A DNA stretch of 64,000 nucleotides from assembly GCA_028534125.1 (NCBI GenBank), contig CM052817.1:69318001-69382000 (forward strand). Reading direction: 5' to 3'. The position numbers and the translations under genes were made by a program. Positions 39,800 to 53,350 of the stretch are shown here, piece by piece. Below the pieces are notes generated by a model, which worked only from the letters and a program-made list of their open reading frames with translations, searched no databases and was not told where the DNA came from. The DNA is from Lama glama. Its lineage: Eukaryota. Numbering within the stretch: the first letter of the stretch is position 1; each line of letters starts with the position of its first letter.

Positions 39800-40245
39800 T
39801 TAGGATGGTTTGTACTAATGTCAACATAATTAAGCTAGAACTAAGTTTCCCAGAATCCCTTCCCTGTCTGTTTCTGGTGTAGACATGGTCAAAAGAGAAG
39901 TTCATGTGAGATTTGGAAGGCTGAAGTGAAGCTGCACATGGGAAGCTGTGGTCAGTGTGGGCACCAGGTATCCCTGGAGGTTGTGAACATTATCACGGAT
40001 CTGCCGGGTCCAACATGTCCCCTCATGTTCTAGTTTTTCATTCTCCTCTGCTTTGGGTCCAGCTTTTCTTTCCAGCAGCTGGTCTATGGCAACTTCAGAC
40101 CACTACCCGACAGAGAGGCAGCAGCCTCACAGAAATTTCTTCACCAGCTGCCACACTGCATAATGTCTATTCCCTATAACAAATTCCTTATTCCAAAAAC
40201 CACTTGGAGTGGTTCCACTTCCCTTATTGACCGCTGACTGACACA
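39800..40245 (+). mobile_element. ERVL solo LTR (LTR50-like)
   Basis: taagctagaactaagtttcccagaatcccttccctgt ... gtgagatttggaaggctgaagtgaagc, ending ctgactgacaca. Confidence 0.65.
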
Positions 40246-40319
40246 GAATCATGCCCAGGGAACAGGGAGGGATTGGACCCTAATCAAGGAACTGGTGATG
40301 TGTCTCTGTCTGAATTTCA

Positions 40320-40525
40320 GTATCCGTGCCCCAGTGCAGTACCCATCTTTGAACCTTGGCCAGCCCTGTGACCCACTGAAAATGGCAGAAGTGATGTTCC
40401 GTCACTTTTGAGGTTAAGTCATAAGAAGCCTGCAAATCCTACCTGGTTCTCTCGAAACTCACCCTGGGAGAAGCATAATAGAAGTTGGACCACTCTGAGA
40501 CTACAATGCTGTGAGAAACTCCAGT
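40320..40525 (+). mobile_element. MLT1 LTR fragment
   Basis: ccctgtgac ... atggcagaagtgatg ... gtcataagaagcc ... atgctgtgagaaa. Confidence 0.65.
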
Positions 40526-40559
40526 GACTTTACTGGTGTCCAAAAAAGGTAGATGAGGC

Positions 40560-41230
40560 AACCCACACTCATAATAGAATGGTTCCTGGGTGAACCTCCT
40601 CTTGCTGAGAAATACAAACTATAACATCACATTCATCTGCACAGGTAATGACCTTGTCTCCCTATTTCCTCATCTCTCTGTACTGTTTCTGGTATACTTG
40701 CGTTCAGTCTCTCCTCACTGCAATGCGTTATACACATTATCACTAGGTTTCATTGTCTACAAATATCATGTTTATTATGTCATCTTACTATTAATGAGCC
40801 CTTCAAAGGGCCCCATTATACATGGGGATAAAGTCTAAAGTCTTTCATCCATCTTCCATCTCTATTTCCATCTCCATTTCCTACTCACTCCCAGAGTGAA
40901 TTTCTCCACTCTAGCCAAAGTCATCTTTTAATATCCCTAATTATGCCATTGAATTACCAGTGCCATGTGTCTGGTTGCCCTGCCCCTCAGCAAAGACTCC
41001 CAATCATCCTATTCACCTGCATGAATTGTACCCATCTTTCAACGTGCACTTTAAGTCCCACCTCTTCCATGAAGTTTTCCAGTTTCTCTCGCTTCTCTTT
41101 CTCTGACACTTATAAAAATCTTACTTATGTTTTTGAGGACATTTTGATACCCTAATTATGTTATAATTATAATGAGGAAAGATACTATGTGTTACTCATC
41201 TTCATATTTCTCCAAAGAAACGTATTTGTT
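40560..41230 (+). mobile_element. L2 remnant
   Basis: ataaagtctaaagtc ... ttaagtcccacctcttccatgaagttttcc ... tatttgttg. Confidence 0.6.
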
Positions 41231-42299
41231 GGACTGGCAGATTTATTTTTCCTTTTTTGTGTTCTTCAAATAATGTAATTTAAGAGAAAATAAATTGTCC
41301 CAACCATGTTGAAGCAATCGTACTGATAGCTTTCAATGAAATTTTCAGCAAAAGTATCACTAGCTCTGGTGTTCACACTCAAAAGGTGACTATGGAACAA
41401 TTTTACCTAATCTTTATAAGCATGGAAATCTCCTTTTAATTAAAATATTATGAACTCCTCTCATGTTAGTGACTGTACTTTTGACACAATACATAAGAAA
41501 AAGCTACTCTGCATTCCATGTTACTTTTAAATGTTTCTATTTTATTAACCCCAGCAACATGCAAATAAAATTAAAAATCATTACAAATCTCTTCTGCCTA
41601 TGATATTTATTTAGTCTATAGTTAATGACTGACATAAATATAGATTTTAAGGCACCTTGCAATAACCTAATGTCTCCTACTTTTCCACTCTTCTATTCTA
41701 CTTTTGACATCCCCTTAAGGGATTACTTTGGAAGAATCATCACTGTTTAAATGTCACTCTAGAAAAGTTGTTTGGTTTGGCAAGACCCCCAGATGCTCAG
41801 AAATAGAGGAATGATTATGTGACTTCTAATATGTCCATTCAATTAATGCTATGGGAACAAAAATATCACATTAAAATATTATAATAACAGAAAATTATTT
41901 TCATAATGTTCCATAAAAATTATACATAGCGTATGAATACAGGTACACAAAAAATATGCATGAGAGAAATAAGTATTACCTTCTCTGTATTTCCATAGTG
42001 ATAGTATGGGCACTTACTTTTTAATCTGTAGTTTTTAAAGTTCTATAATAATACATATTATGGTTTTACTGGTGAAAACTAAAAAGTAACATATTCAATT
42101 TCTTAGAGGTCAGAAATATTACTTAAATATTCTTTGCGTTGTAGCTCCACCAAGATCAATAATCATAGTCCCAGAAACTATTCATTCATTTAGACCTAAT
42201 TCACCATTAAAGAAAATGTGCTCACTAAACGTACTGCTTTATCAATAAAGTAATACTTTAAAAAAGGCTATATTGCACACAATATGTTAAGCACCAGGA

Positions 42300-43280
42300 A
42301 CTTTCAGCTTTGTATTCTGTGATTTTTGTGAACAAGCCTGTGTTCCACCTAGCCATAGTCTTGACAATTTTAAGGCTTTGATCATGTTCCCTCTTTGCTT
42401 TCATGTTTCTAGCCTACACCATCCTAATTTCTTGAATCAAAATTCATATAGAAAGCCCTTGATCATTTTACTTATGGTTCTCTGGGACTCTTCCAGTCCT
42501 ATTTTGTCTGAGGAGTGGTGACCTGCAGAATACACAGTCTTCTAGTTCTTACACAGTTGTAAGATGATGTTTTCTGATTTGTTTCCAATTTTTCTTCATG
42601 AGGCAGGCCACTGGGTTGGTGCCTTGGGGAGCAGACTGCAGTCATTCCTAGGTCACTTCCCTGAATTATAACCAACACCTTGAAGCCATCAGTTCTACGC
42701 AGTTTTTTTTCCCTTTAAATAGATCTCTTACCTATACATACACATTAAAGCTCATCTGTCAGATTTTTTACATCACATAAGTGAGAATTTATCCATAAGT
42801 TTATTTCCAGGAGTCTCACATCTTTTAGTCAAAATAGCTTGATATTAACTTCAGTGAAGATTTTATTATTCAGACAATTTACTAAAAGGTTAATAATAAT
42901 AATAAAAGCAATCTCTAAAGGCTCTCCCCACTACCATCCTCCAGTTAGAAAAGTGCTTATTTACTCCTGCCCTTTGTTTCCTGGCTCTAACTACTTAACC
43001 CACAATAAAAAACATTTTCCCCAATGCCATGGTAACTATTGAAAAAAATTTCCTCTGTCATTTTGTCTTTTATCTAATAGTTTATTTTTACAGTGAGTAT
43101 TGAAGTAATCTGACCATGTATTACAGATGCTAACAACTTATCATGCACCCTACCGAGAGTCATTTTTTATGTTCTTCTACTGAAAGCACTTAAATCCAAG
43201 GGACGCCAACTGAGACACTTTCATTGGCATCTTACATTTGATTATTAGAAAGCCTTTTCACCCATAACACAGCATGTTCT
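42300..43280 (-). mobile_element. CR1/L3 LINE remnant
   Basis: atcatgttccctct ... cccttgatcatttt ... tctctgggactcttccag ... agtggtgacc ... tacacagtcttctag follows antisense CR1 ORF2. Confidence 0.65.
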
Positions 43281-43599
43281 GAATCTCAGGGTTTCTGGAA
43301 TGAATTAAAGTACATTGGAATGAAATTCCTTCTCAACTTTCTTCTTACGGCTGACTTTTTCTTTGTTTGCTTGTTTTTTTCTCTAAATGATGAAGTGTAA
43401 AGATTGTCTGAGGTTTAGAAAAGACATAGATGTCAGTATAGATGTAGTTATAGATATAAAAAAATTAGAGAGGAAATATTTTTTCTAAGTCAGTATTCAA
43501 TTAAATTCCATCAAGTCTATGATCAAAATAACCTTCATTCACCATGTGATAAGAAAGGGACAGTCCTAGTTCTACATTTGACTCTTTAAAAATTAAGAA

Positions 43600-44341
43600 G
43601 AGATATTTATATTTTAAAAAGTCAGTGTTGACCTTTATGTAGTAACTTACACAAAAAATAACCTTAGATGTATCATAGAGCTAAATGTAAAACCTAAAAT
43701 TATTAAATTTCTAAGTCAAACACAAGAGAAAAAACTCTTCGTGGACTTGGATTAGGTGGAGATTTCTCAGGGCAAAAAAGAAGTAAACACAAAAGACAGA
43801 ATACGGGAATTTATTAAAATTTAAAACTTCTGTACTTCAAAACATATTGTGAAGAAAAAGAAAAGATAAGACTCAAACTGAGAAAAAATATTTGCAAGAT
43901 ATATATTTGATAAAGAACTGTATCTAGAATATACAGAACTATTACAGCTCAATAATAAAATAATCCAACTTTTAAAAAATGAGCAATATATCTCAATAGA
44001 TATCTCACCAAAAAAAAAAAAAGATGGCAAATTAGCCATAAAAAGATTGTTAACAGCAGTATTTATTAGGTAAATGCAAATTGGGTATTACTATTCCCTA
44101 GGATGGCTGAAATTTTGAAAGACTAAACATACCAAGTAATGGCTTCTATGTGGAGCCAATGGAATTCTTGTACACTGTTGATGGAAATGCAAAATGGTAG
44201 AGCCACTTTGGGGGAATGTGGCAGTTTCTTATAAAGTTGAATATACTTAACTTACCATGTGACCCCCAAATCTCACTTCTAGGTGTTTTTACCCAAAAGA
44301 CATAAAAATGTATGCCCACACAGAGACCTACGCACAGATAT
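43600..44341 (+). mobile_element. Old L1M ORF2 C-terminal remnant
   Basis: aaaatttaaaacttctgtacttcaaaa ... atggaaatgcaaaatggtagagccactttgg ... ttaccatgtgaccc. Confidence 0.85.
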
Positions 44342-44706
44342 TGTATTAGTCTGCTCAGGTTACTACAACAAAATGTCACAGACAGGATGGCTTAAACAAC
44401 AGAAATTTAGTTCTCACAGATGGGACCTTTGGGAAGCAATCAGGTTTAGATGAGGTCCTAAGAGTGAAGCCCTCATAATGGTATTGGTGCCCTTATAAGA
44501 AGAGAGACCAGAGAGGTTGCTTCCTCTCTCTCTCCACCATGTGAGGCCACAGCTAGAAGGTGGACATCTGAAGGCCAGGAAGAGAGCCCTCACCAGGGAA
44601 CCGCACTGGCTACTCCCCAGCCCCCACAACTGTGAGAAATAAATCCCTACTCCTTAACTGTCCAGTCTGTTGTGCTTTACAATGGCAGCCTGAGCTGACT
44701 ACCAGA
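44342..44706. mobile_element. Composite MLT1A-like LTR: minus-strand 3' end (44342-44419) fused to a plus-strand LTR body (44420-44706)
   Basis: tgtattagtctgctcagg ... ttctcacag, then atgggacctttggg ... ctgtgagaaataaat ... gcagcctgagctgact. Confidence 0.85.
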
Positions 44707-45009
44707 GCCCCCCAGCTTTTAGAGTGTCAGTAAATCTCAGGGGACTCAAGAGGGCTGCGGCAGTGATCAAACACCTTGACTCAGGACCTGACCTTCTGTA
44801 ACGGACATTAAACTATGTTAACAAATACACTGGGGCCAGGACATGTTCTCATTAGAAGACCAGGCTAGAATGGTAAACATTAGAAATCATCAACTCCTGA
44901 ACATATTTGATGGAAAGGTGCCCAGCACGGGGTAGAGAGATGGGAGTGGTAGGGGGTGGGGGACAGTAATTTTACTTTGTACACCACATTAGACAGCTTG
45001 ATACTTGGG

Positions 45010-45200
45010 AAAATACATGGCCTTTGGAGAAAAGCAAACCTGGATTCAAATCCAGCCCTTTCTCTTATAAGCTGTGTGGTCTTGTTATTTCAACTCTGAA
45101 CCTCAATCTCCTCACCTATAAAATGGAGATAACAAGCAATCCCTACTTCAGGAGTTATTATGAGCATTAAATATGATTATATATATATACAAGAAATACT
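45010..45200 (+). mobile_element. MIR SINE
   Basis: cctggattcaaatccagc ... ctctgaacctcaatctcctcacctataaaatggagataa. Confidence 0.85.
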
Positions 45201-45945
45201 TTATATACAGTAGGTTAGAAAGTTCTTCCTGCTTTTATAACAAAAGTGGATCATAGATAGTTATAGAGATACAATCAAAAGGCCAAATGACCTCTGTCAA
45301 GTAAACAGAAGCTGGAAACCCCTCCCCCCAGCATGACTTCTTTCCGGTGATATTTAAAATAAGCGAATTCTTGAAGCTCAAGATCAAGGCACAGTTCCTG
45401 TCATGCAACATGCAAATAAAACATGTGCAGTAGGAGGAGCTGGAGGAAAGTGGTTTGGTTCATAAGGACTAATGCTTAATAACAGAACAATAACTCTCCA
45501 TATTGGAGAAGTGGAGAAGAGTTTCAGGTTGAGTAGGAACAAAAGAAACTTATTAAAGTGCCTCAAATACCACCACCCTGTCCTCTACAGTTACTCTACA
45601 TTTACATCTAGACTGATGCCGATTATAACACTTTTTAAAAGGAGAAAGTAGGAAAACCTAGAGCCTACTGAGGAATCTCCCAAAGCAGGAATTTGTTAAA
45701 AATTTTAAAACAGTCAATATGTATCCAGTAATGAGAAGTAATCCTAAACAATATTATTGAATATAAGTCCCAGCCAAGTTCAAATTATATCTAATAAGGC
45801 TTTCACATAATAAAAAATTTATAATGGACCCAGCATCCATTTAATCTCAATCAATGGCACAAAGAAACCTCAGACACTCTTCTAACTCTGGACTTTTGAG
45901 TCCAAAGGCCGTTGCATTGACTTCACTATCTCTGTGAATGGTCAG

Positions 45946-45964
45946 CACTGACCTCTAGTGGCAA
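45946..45964 (-). promoter_or_regulatory. CTCF motif in apparently unique DNA
   Basis: The minus strand reads ttgCCACTAGAGGTCAGtg, one mismatch from CCACTAGAGGGCAG. Confidence 0.55.
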
Positions 45965-48119
45965 GTGTGGTTAATCACAGTTCTGTCCTTCTTCAGTGAC
46001 CCCCAAGGATAGCACTCATGCCAAGGGAGGGTTTCCTTAAGGAAAACAGTTCTTGATGCTGTCAGCCCAAAGTGTCGAGTGAGATCATATTTACATCTTT
46101 TTTCTTTACCATGACCACTTCTCCCAGCTCACAATGCAAATCTGAAAGAAGTGGTTTGTTCAGCTTGATGGAAAAACTCTAAGGAGCAGGGGATAATGAC
46201 CCTCACCTCTCTAAGATTTAGAATTTGGATATAGAACCTCAGGAGCTCACACACACCCAAACTAAACAATGGACATTCAACGATCTAACGTATGCATCTG
46301 CTTACTCTATTTACAATGTTCCATGGGGAATTTGTAAAGACATTGGTCAGTCAACTCAAAACAGAGCTAGGAACTCCTCTGTGCACAGAAAAACAATTAG
46401 ACTTCATGTGAAGGCACAAAATAAACCAAAGACAATCTTTACTCTCGAGTACACTGGAAATTAATAGGGACAAGAGGATTCATAAGTTTTATTTATTTTT
46501 ATAACTTTAATAGAGCAATCAAACACACAAGCAATTTATAAGTAAAAAATATGGGGAAGGAGAGAGAAAGCAGAACAATGAGATACAGGAAAGGATGCAT
46601 GGGGTACCTATAAATTTTAGGGTTTTCATTTTCTAAAAGGGTATGTAGTAGAAGTGATCTATAAGAAAAATTATCATTCCAATCTTATCATTTTAAAGAT
46701 AGGGTCCAGAAATGTGAGCTGACTTTCCTAAAGTCCTAAATCAGTAAATGGAAAACTACTACTTAAAATCCCACTTTAGCAGTTACTCCATCACATGATA
46801 CATCCTACCTTTCAAGAACCAAGCTTCTGTTCAATTTGAACTTTGAGAGACATCTTGAATGTAAAACAGGCTTGGAGATAAGCTCATTGAGTGAAATAGT
46901 ATACACTCACCATTGCCTAACTCAAATGGTAAAGGATAAAAGTGATACAGGGTACTGTATGCTTACTTTTACTTCATCATTTATGTAAAGTTCAATTTCA
47001 TGTATTTAGATTTCCTTATACGTCACAAATGATTCCAAAGATACCTAATTTAAGGTACAATATTCTTTCCTTTCTTTCTTGAATACAAGTTTCAGCCAAA
47101 TTCAAATTCTTTCAAATAGAGCTTCCGTGTCTCTTTTTTTTCTTTTCTTTTCACCCTAGGCAGCAAAGCCTGATGAGCTATTTCATTCTATGTTCCTAGA
47201 ATATCTAAAAGTCAGAAAAAGGAGAGTTAGAAATCTGTGGAAAATCCCTTTCCTTCAAGATTTCCACCTAGGGGTTTCAGATTGTTTGGATAAGTTTCAG
47301 ATAAACATCCCTCTTCTTAGTGTAGTTGATGCATATTTTTTAGCCTCCAGAGGGGAAGGCTGATCTGCTAAAATTGTCATTTTTCAGCTAAATTATAATT
47401 TGCTAACCCCTTAAGGCCATCTGACAGGCTTCATGGCTATTCTGACAGACTGCAACATAAATACAGAATGTTTTAAATAAAATTGAGAAAAGCTTATTTG
47501 GGGAAAATAAAATGGCATAGAATGAGGGTATGACTCATCTAATACTCCTATTCTACTTAATTAAGTAGGAACAAATTGCATTGTACTATCTGTTGTTAAA
47601 CATAAATTTAGGGATTGGGCTTTTATGTTCAGCTGATAATTATGAGTAATCAACAGGTACCATATAGACGTAAAGGAATTGTTATTTTTTAAGAGCCAGA
47701 AAATTGTAAATTCAAGTCTATATAAGCAATATATCATCTTATAAATACATAATACAAAACTCTACTGAACATAAGATACTCATTTTTGATGACTGATTAA
47801 GATTTTTCAGTGTCTCAGTATTATTATATGAATATCAATTATCATTGGAAATAGACTCAAATTTTGGTTAAAATAAAGGTTTTATTAACAGAATATTGGA
47901 CAAATAACTATCAGACTTGATAAGTTTAGACCATTAGCTCCCACTGAGACTTCCATTTGTAAGTCAAGACTTTCACTTACAAGTCCATTACTCAAAGCAG
48001 AGCAGGGTGAAGCAGCACGTCAAACGTGGCTTTGCAAGACAGCCTGAAACTATTCGGCAGCTTTTTCCCAGCAACTTTGTGAATGAAATTTCATAGTTTT
48101 GGTTATGAGAATTTCCTAC

Positions 48120-48545
48120 TTTTGGCAGGTCTTTCACTCTAGAAATCTATCCAAAGGATATTATAAGGCAAGAAAACAGAAATATGTATAAGGATCATCA
48201 TTTCAGTATTGTTTAAAATGTAAAAAAAAAAAAAGGCTGAAGCTAAATGTTCAACATAGGGGAATAGGTAAATACATTTCTTGGTGTTTAGCCATATGAT
48301 GGACTATTCTGGGGCCATTATGAATTATGTTTCATTAAGTTTAAATAACATGAGAAAGGACTAATAATAAAACATTAGGTAAAAAGGAAAAAGTATGTAC
48401 AAATCTGTAGTTACTTTTATTCAAATATGCATAGAAAAAAATCCTAGAAAAAATACATCAAAATATTAACCATCATTTTCATGGCAATGCATTATTGATG
48501 ATTTTAACTTTCATCTTCAGAAGGCTATTTCTTTAAGATATTCAG
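48120..48545 (+). mobile_element. Ancient L1ME 3' remnant
   Basis: ctagaaatctatccaaagga ... ctaaatgttcaacataggggaatagg ... aatacatcaaaatattaac. Confidence 0.7.
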
Positions 48546-48904
48546 GACAGAAAAGGAATAAATGTTATTACATTTTATTTATGGCTAAATCACTACACTC
48601 CTTATTTCATCCATTAAAGTTGCATACATGTTTCATTCCTTTTTTTTTTTCCCCTCATCTCTCAGCATGCATTCCATGCCAGACTGCAAGGGCACACAAT
48701 AAAAAGAAAGCTTTAGTGTACATCATTCTTTATAGACTTTACATTCCTTTCATTTTTTTTTTTAATTTGAACCTAATAATTTCAAGAGGAGGCAGGGTAT
48801 AGGTGCTTACAGACTTGGATTTTTCTGTTATTAATACAGACCTTTTAGTATTTTGGTGTTCATAGCAAATGTTATTAAAATAAATGTTATTATTAGAGTA
48901 TCTA

Positions 48905-49350
48905 GCAGTAGGAGAGTCCTGAGTTTAAATCTCAGTTACTTCCCTTGACAAGTTAAATCCCAATTCAATGTCACCTTTCCAGAGAGGTGAGCCCCCCTCT
49001 TACGTGCAAAAATCCCCAGCCAGTCTATCACGTTACCTTGTGTTGTCCTCATAAACTTAACAGTATCTGAAATTATTTATTTATAAATTTGTTACTTGTT
49101 TAATGTTAATATCTCCTGCCACTATCACTCCCAAGAATGCAACTCTATGGAGGCACGGATCCTGTTCCCTCACTACCCTCACTGTCTGGCCTAGAGGAGG
49201 CATTTAATAAGCATATGCTGAATAAACGAAGGAGAGAGCAACAACCTCTCTGACTTTTTCCTCTCCTGTAAAATGGAGATAATCTTACCTACCTTATAGG
49301 TTGATCACAATGACTAAATCAGATAACACATGAGAAGAATCATATCTTAA
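48905..49350 (+). mobile_element. MIR interrupted by an L2 3' fragment (~48960-49230)
   Basis: MIR cctgagtttaaatctcag ... ctgtaaaatggagataat flanks L2 aatgtcacctttccagagagg ... taataagcatatgctgaataaa. Confidence 0.7.
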
Positions 49351-51864
49351 ATGTTGTCACTTTTCAAAATTCTCTGTTGCCTTACGATTTCATGTCAGGG
49401 TCCTGCACAGTTTTTGCTGTATCATGATGTTACCAGCATTGTATTTCAAGAATGTCCCAGGAATTTTTTCAAAAAGGTAAGCTCACATTATATGCACTGA
49501 TTAGGATGGCTATTAAATAACCCTGATTAAGATCACTAGGGGCCATGTCCACAAGCAGTAACACCAGTGTTGGCTCTAACTGCATAGACCATGTAGCCCC
49601 TGAAGAGAAGCAAAAAGAAGATAAGCCCCTCTAGATGGCTGAGGCCATGCCTCATAATACTCTGTAAGTGCTGAGAGGAATAAATCACAAGGTGTCAAAC
49701 GATCCATTGTTTCTTGAGAACTTCCTGGTCCTAAAGGTCACGCTAGGCGACATACTAATAAATGGAACAACTGTCCAGCCTGGCAGATGTACAGGTTATT
49801 TCCCTTATTGCTTCAAAACGATACTTGGACCCAAAGAAAATTAAGACCATATTTTGACTTTGCTGATTTGTAGGTCAAAGAAGATTTACAATTTTATGAC
49901 TCAAAGTGTCGTCACATCTTAGAACCCCAGAGAAGCTAAAGGAATTGCCGAAAGACACACAGCTACTGAGTGGCTAAGTCATAGATACCACTTAATTCAG
50001 ATAAATTCAACTGCTACTAATGAACGCAAGCTAGGAACACATGCAGAGTGTTACACATTTTTGAAACATAGCCCTTTGAGCCACTGCTTGGTTGGTTGTC
50101 TGGTTGGTTGAATTAAGTTTCCAGCTGTCTCTGACTCAGGCCAGCTTGAAAGCAGAGATAACAATGATAATTGTATTTTTTTTTTAAACCCAGTGCCTCT
50201 TGGAGCCTTATGCTATCAACTAACTTTAATATAGCACCCACATTTTCTTTTTTTTTTTTTTTTTTTGCACAAAATAACGTAAGTATTCCTTGCTCTCCTG
50301 GCTTCACAAAGAAGAGAACTCTATCTCACTAAAATACCTTTATTGCAAACCCATGCTGTAAAGGCGCAAATCTCTTTTCTTCGGCCTGAGTTTCAAGCTG
50401 GCTGTCTGTAGTTTGACTTGACTCTCTGACTTGCTGCTAACTTATATTTAAACTCTTTCTCTGTTAGACTATTTTAATTCCAAATGAATTTTTTTAAAAA
50501 CTTATACATTTGTGGTATGTATGACAACATAGTTACAGACAAAATAGAAAAGCATATGAAAAGGTTTGTTATACATCTGGAGAAGATAACTTCTTTTCAA
50601 TACAGGAAGAGGCATTTTACATTATATGCTAACTTCCCATTTTGACAAACATCATGTGCTACTATGTAAAACAATGAAATGAAAGTGAAAAATTCAGGAT
50701 TCTTTATATTTTGATTTCTGGTTGTATGCGCATAAAACTATAAGTGACAGTTTTTTTGTGGGAAACTCATGATTATATGGAATACAAACATCCAGAAATC
50801 CCCAAAATATGTGGCTTCTAGTATTATACAATCAAGTTTGATGACTATAACAAAAAATCAAGCTCAACTATTATTTTAGCATTAGCATTTCTACTGAATT
50901 CTTATCACTTTTATTAAACTAGAATATATAAATTAAATATAAATCCTTTGATAGAATATTTAACTAAGCCATAATATTTCATTCTCTAATCACCTGGATA
51001 TATGAGATTACTGAAACAAAAGCAAAACAAGCTAATCAAATATTCATTCTTTAATTTCTAACAAAAAGGGAAGCTTTTATGTTAATTCAAATTAACAACT
51101 ATTTTTTTTTACTCTCAACTGTGTGCTCAGTATTGTTCTAGGGAAAAATGTGGTTACTGAAAACCATTCTTGGAACACCCCAGTGCAGGAGTAATTCCGA
51201 GCTGTTTGGCATTGATTGGAAACTTAGGGTCATTTTTCATACCAGTCACTATCTCCTCAGACAAAAAGTCTTGGAATTTGCATTTGAATCAACGCAAAAT
51301 AGAGCTTGTATAGAAGCTTCACTGCATTACAAATTCAGTACATTCTGACTCAATATGTGTTGTGAAACAATTTTTTTCAACTGTAACTTGATAAAATACA
51401 GCATCTTACTGGTAGATCCCACTCCTAGCCTGTTTTAGAGGACACTTGAGTAGCTGAGGTGATCTGTGGCTTTCAGGGAAGACCCTCAGACCACCTCACT
51501 TGAAACTGATTTCAAAGAAGTTTCCTCTGCTCACAGGTCACTCCATACTGTTTTCTCATGTTGGAAGATAGTCTACTATCAACCAGTTAGGAAATGAGAT
51601 CTTAAAGCTGCACTTACTATCACACATATTTGGAATCCTGTGCTAAATTTAGCATCTTTGCCTGCATATGTTTCTGTTCACTTCCTCCAGGAAGTTTCAT
51701 CACATTCCTTTGTAGACAGGGACTATATCTTATTTATCTGTGTGTCCCATTAAAGCTTAAAACATGGATTTGCATATAGAAGGAGCTTAATAAATGCTTA
51801 GTGAATATAAAAAAATAAATTATTAAATAAAATGAAAATAGATTAATAGTGGGAAATATTTTTT

Positions 51865-52348
51865 CTATATCATATTACTCCATAATTTAATGGCTTAAAA
51901 GAACCATTTCTTTAGCTCATGATTCTGCTGGTTATGGTTTATGCTGGACTCAGCTGAGTCGTCTTGGCTCGCGCTGGCATCTGAAGCCAACTGGCAGGTC
52001 CACTGGGGACTGTGTGGTCTATGGAGACCTCAGCTGGGATGATTCATTTCAGTTCCACATGGTCTCTCATCCTCCATCAGGATAGACAGAGTTTGTTCTC
52101 ATGCAGGGTCAGGATTCCAAGAGACAGGGCAAAATTGTGCAAGGTCAATGGAGGTCTATGCTTAGAACTTTGGTAGTCATTTCCACAGCTTTCTACTGGT
52201 TACAGAAAGTCATGAGGCCAGCCCAGATTCAAGGGATGGTGAAATAGACTCTACGTCTTAATGGCAGGGCTGAAAAGTTTCACTGCAAAAGGTATGCATA
52301 CAGGGAGGGGTGAAGATTAAAGTATATTTTTGCAATCAATTTATTGCA
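51865..52348 (-). mobile_element. MaLR solo LTR (MLT1G/H-like)
   Basis: aatggcttaaaa ... agctcatgattctg ... ggccagcccagattcaaggg ... atttttgcaatc. Confidence 0.8.
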
Positions 52349-52512
52349 GGTATTGTTTGTTCACTTACAAACATCTGTCATGGAAGTTGTATAGAAGTCC
52401 CAGAGTAAATCATTACCATTCTAGAATTTCTAAAAGAAGCATAATTTTCCCATTGTCTGTCTGTCATTAGGCAAGTTTTTCCTCCTATCTTAAGATAGTA
52501 CCATTATATCTT

Positions 52513-52765
52513 TCCTTTTTGCTTTTTTTTTAAATTGAGGTACAGTCAGTTTAGAATGTTGTGTCAATTTCTAGCATACAGCACAATGCTTTAGTCATAC
52601 ATGAATATACATATATTCATTTTCATATTCTTTTTCACTGTAAACTACTACAAGACATTGAATATATTCAGTACAGCGCTATACTGTATAAACTTATTTA
52701 TCTATTTTATATATACCAGTCAGTATCTGCAAATCTCGAACTCCCAGTTTATCCCTGCCCACCCC
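52513..52765 (-). mobile_element. Young L1 3' UTR fragment with 12-bp TSD
   Basis: cca(t/c)tatatctt at 52501-52512 and 52766-52777. The right copy is followed by aa, an L1 endonuclease-type site. Poly-T tail on the left. Confidence 0.92.
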
Positions 52766-52781
52766 CCACTATATCTTAAGT

Positions 52782-53350
52782 TCATTAATGCATTTGTGTT
52801 TTCAACAAATATTTATTAAGCAAAAGCCACGTGCAAGGTACCATGTTAAGTGGTAGGGACATTAGCAAGATGCTTCCTTTCAGAATCCAGTGAAGGAAGA
52901 CACACAGAGAAGTAATTACAACAAGTTGTGTTTTCTTAGACGGTGCTCTCAGAGTATACAAAGAGAGACAGAGAAAATTAACCCTGAGATACAGATGGCT
53001 TCTGAAAGGAAGCAACGGTAAACAATCTTCACCAGCAGGTCAGCGTTCACCTGGAAGACTGACACAACTGACAGCTCACTCGTGGCATCAGCAGAGGCTG
53101 GGGCTGAAAATAGAATGGTTGCTCTGGGGCCAGGAAGTGGCTCAGATTGCAGGCAAAACACGTGGTCAGTGTACCAGAGTGGGAGAAGATAAATTATAGT
53201 GAAGAACCAGATGATAAAGGACTTTAAACATCAAAATATCCTCCTAAAACTTTCAATTTTTATCCTCTAGTTAATGAAGAAAAGCCACTGAGTGACTTAA
53301 AGCAAGGAAACTATATGGTCAATTTTGCGTGTTACAAAAGGAATTTCAAC
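52782..53350 (-). mobile_element. L2 3' end
   Basis: ttcaacaaatatttattaagc ... cacgtgcaaggtaccatgttaag ... agccactgagtgacttaaagcaagg. Confidence 0.75.
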
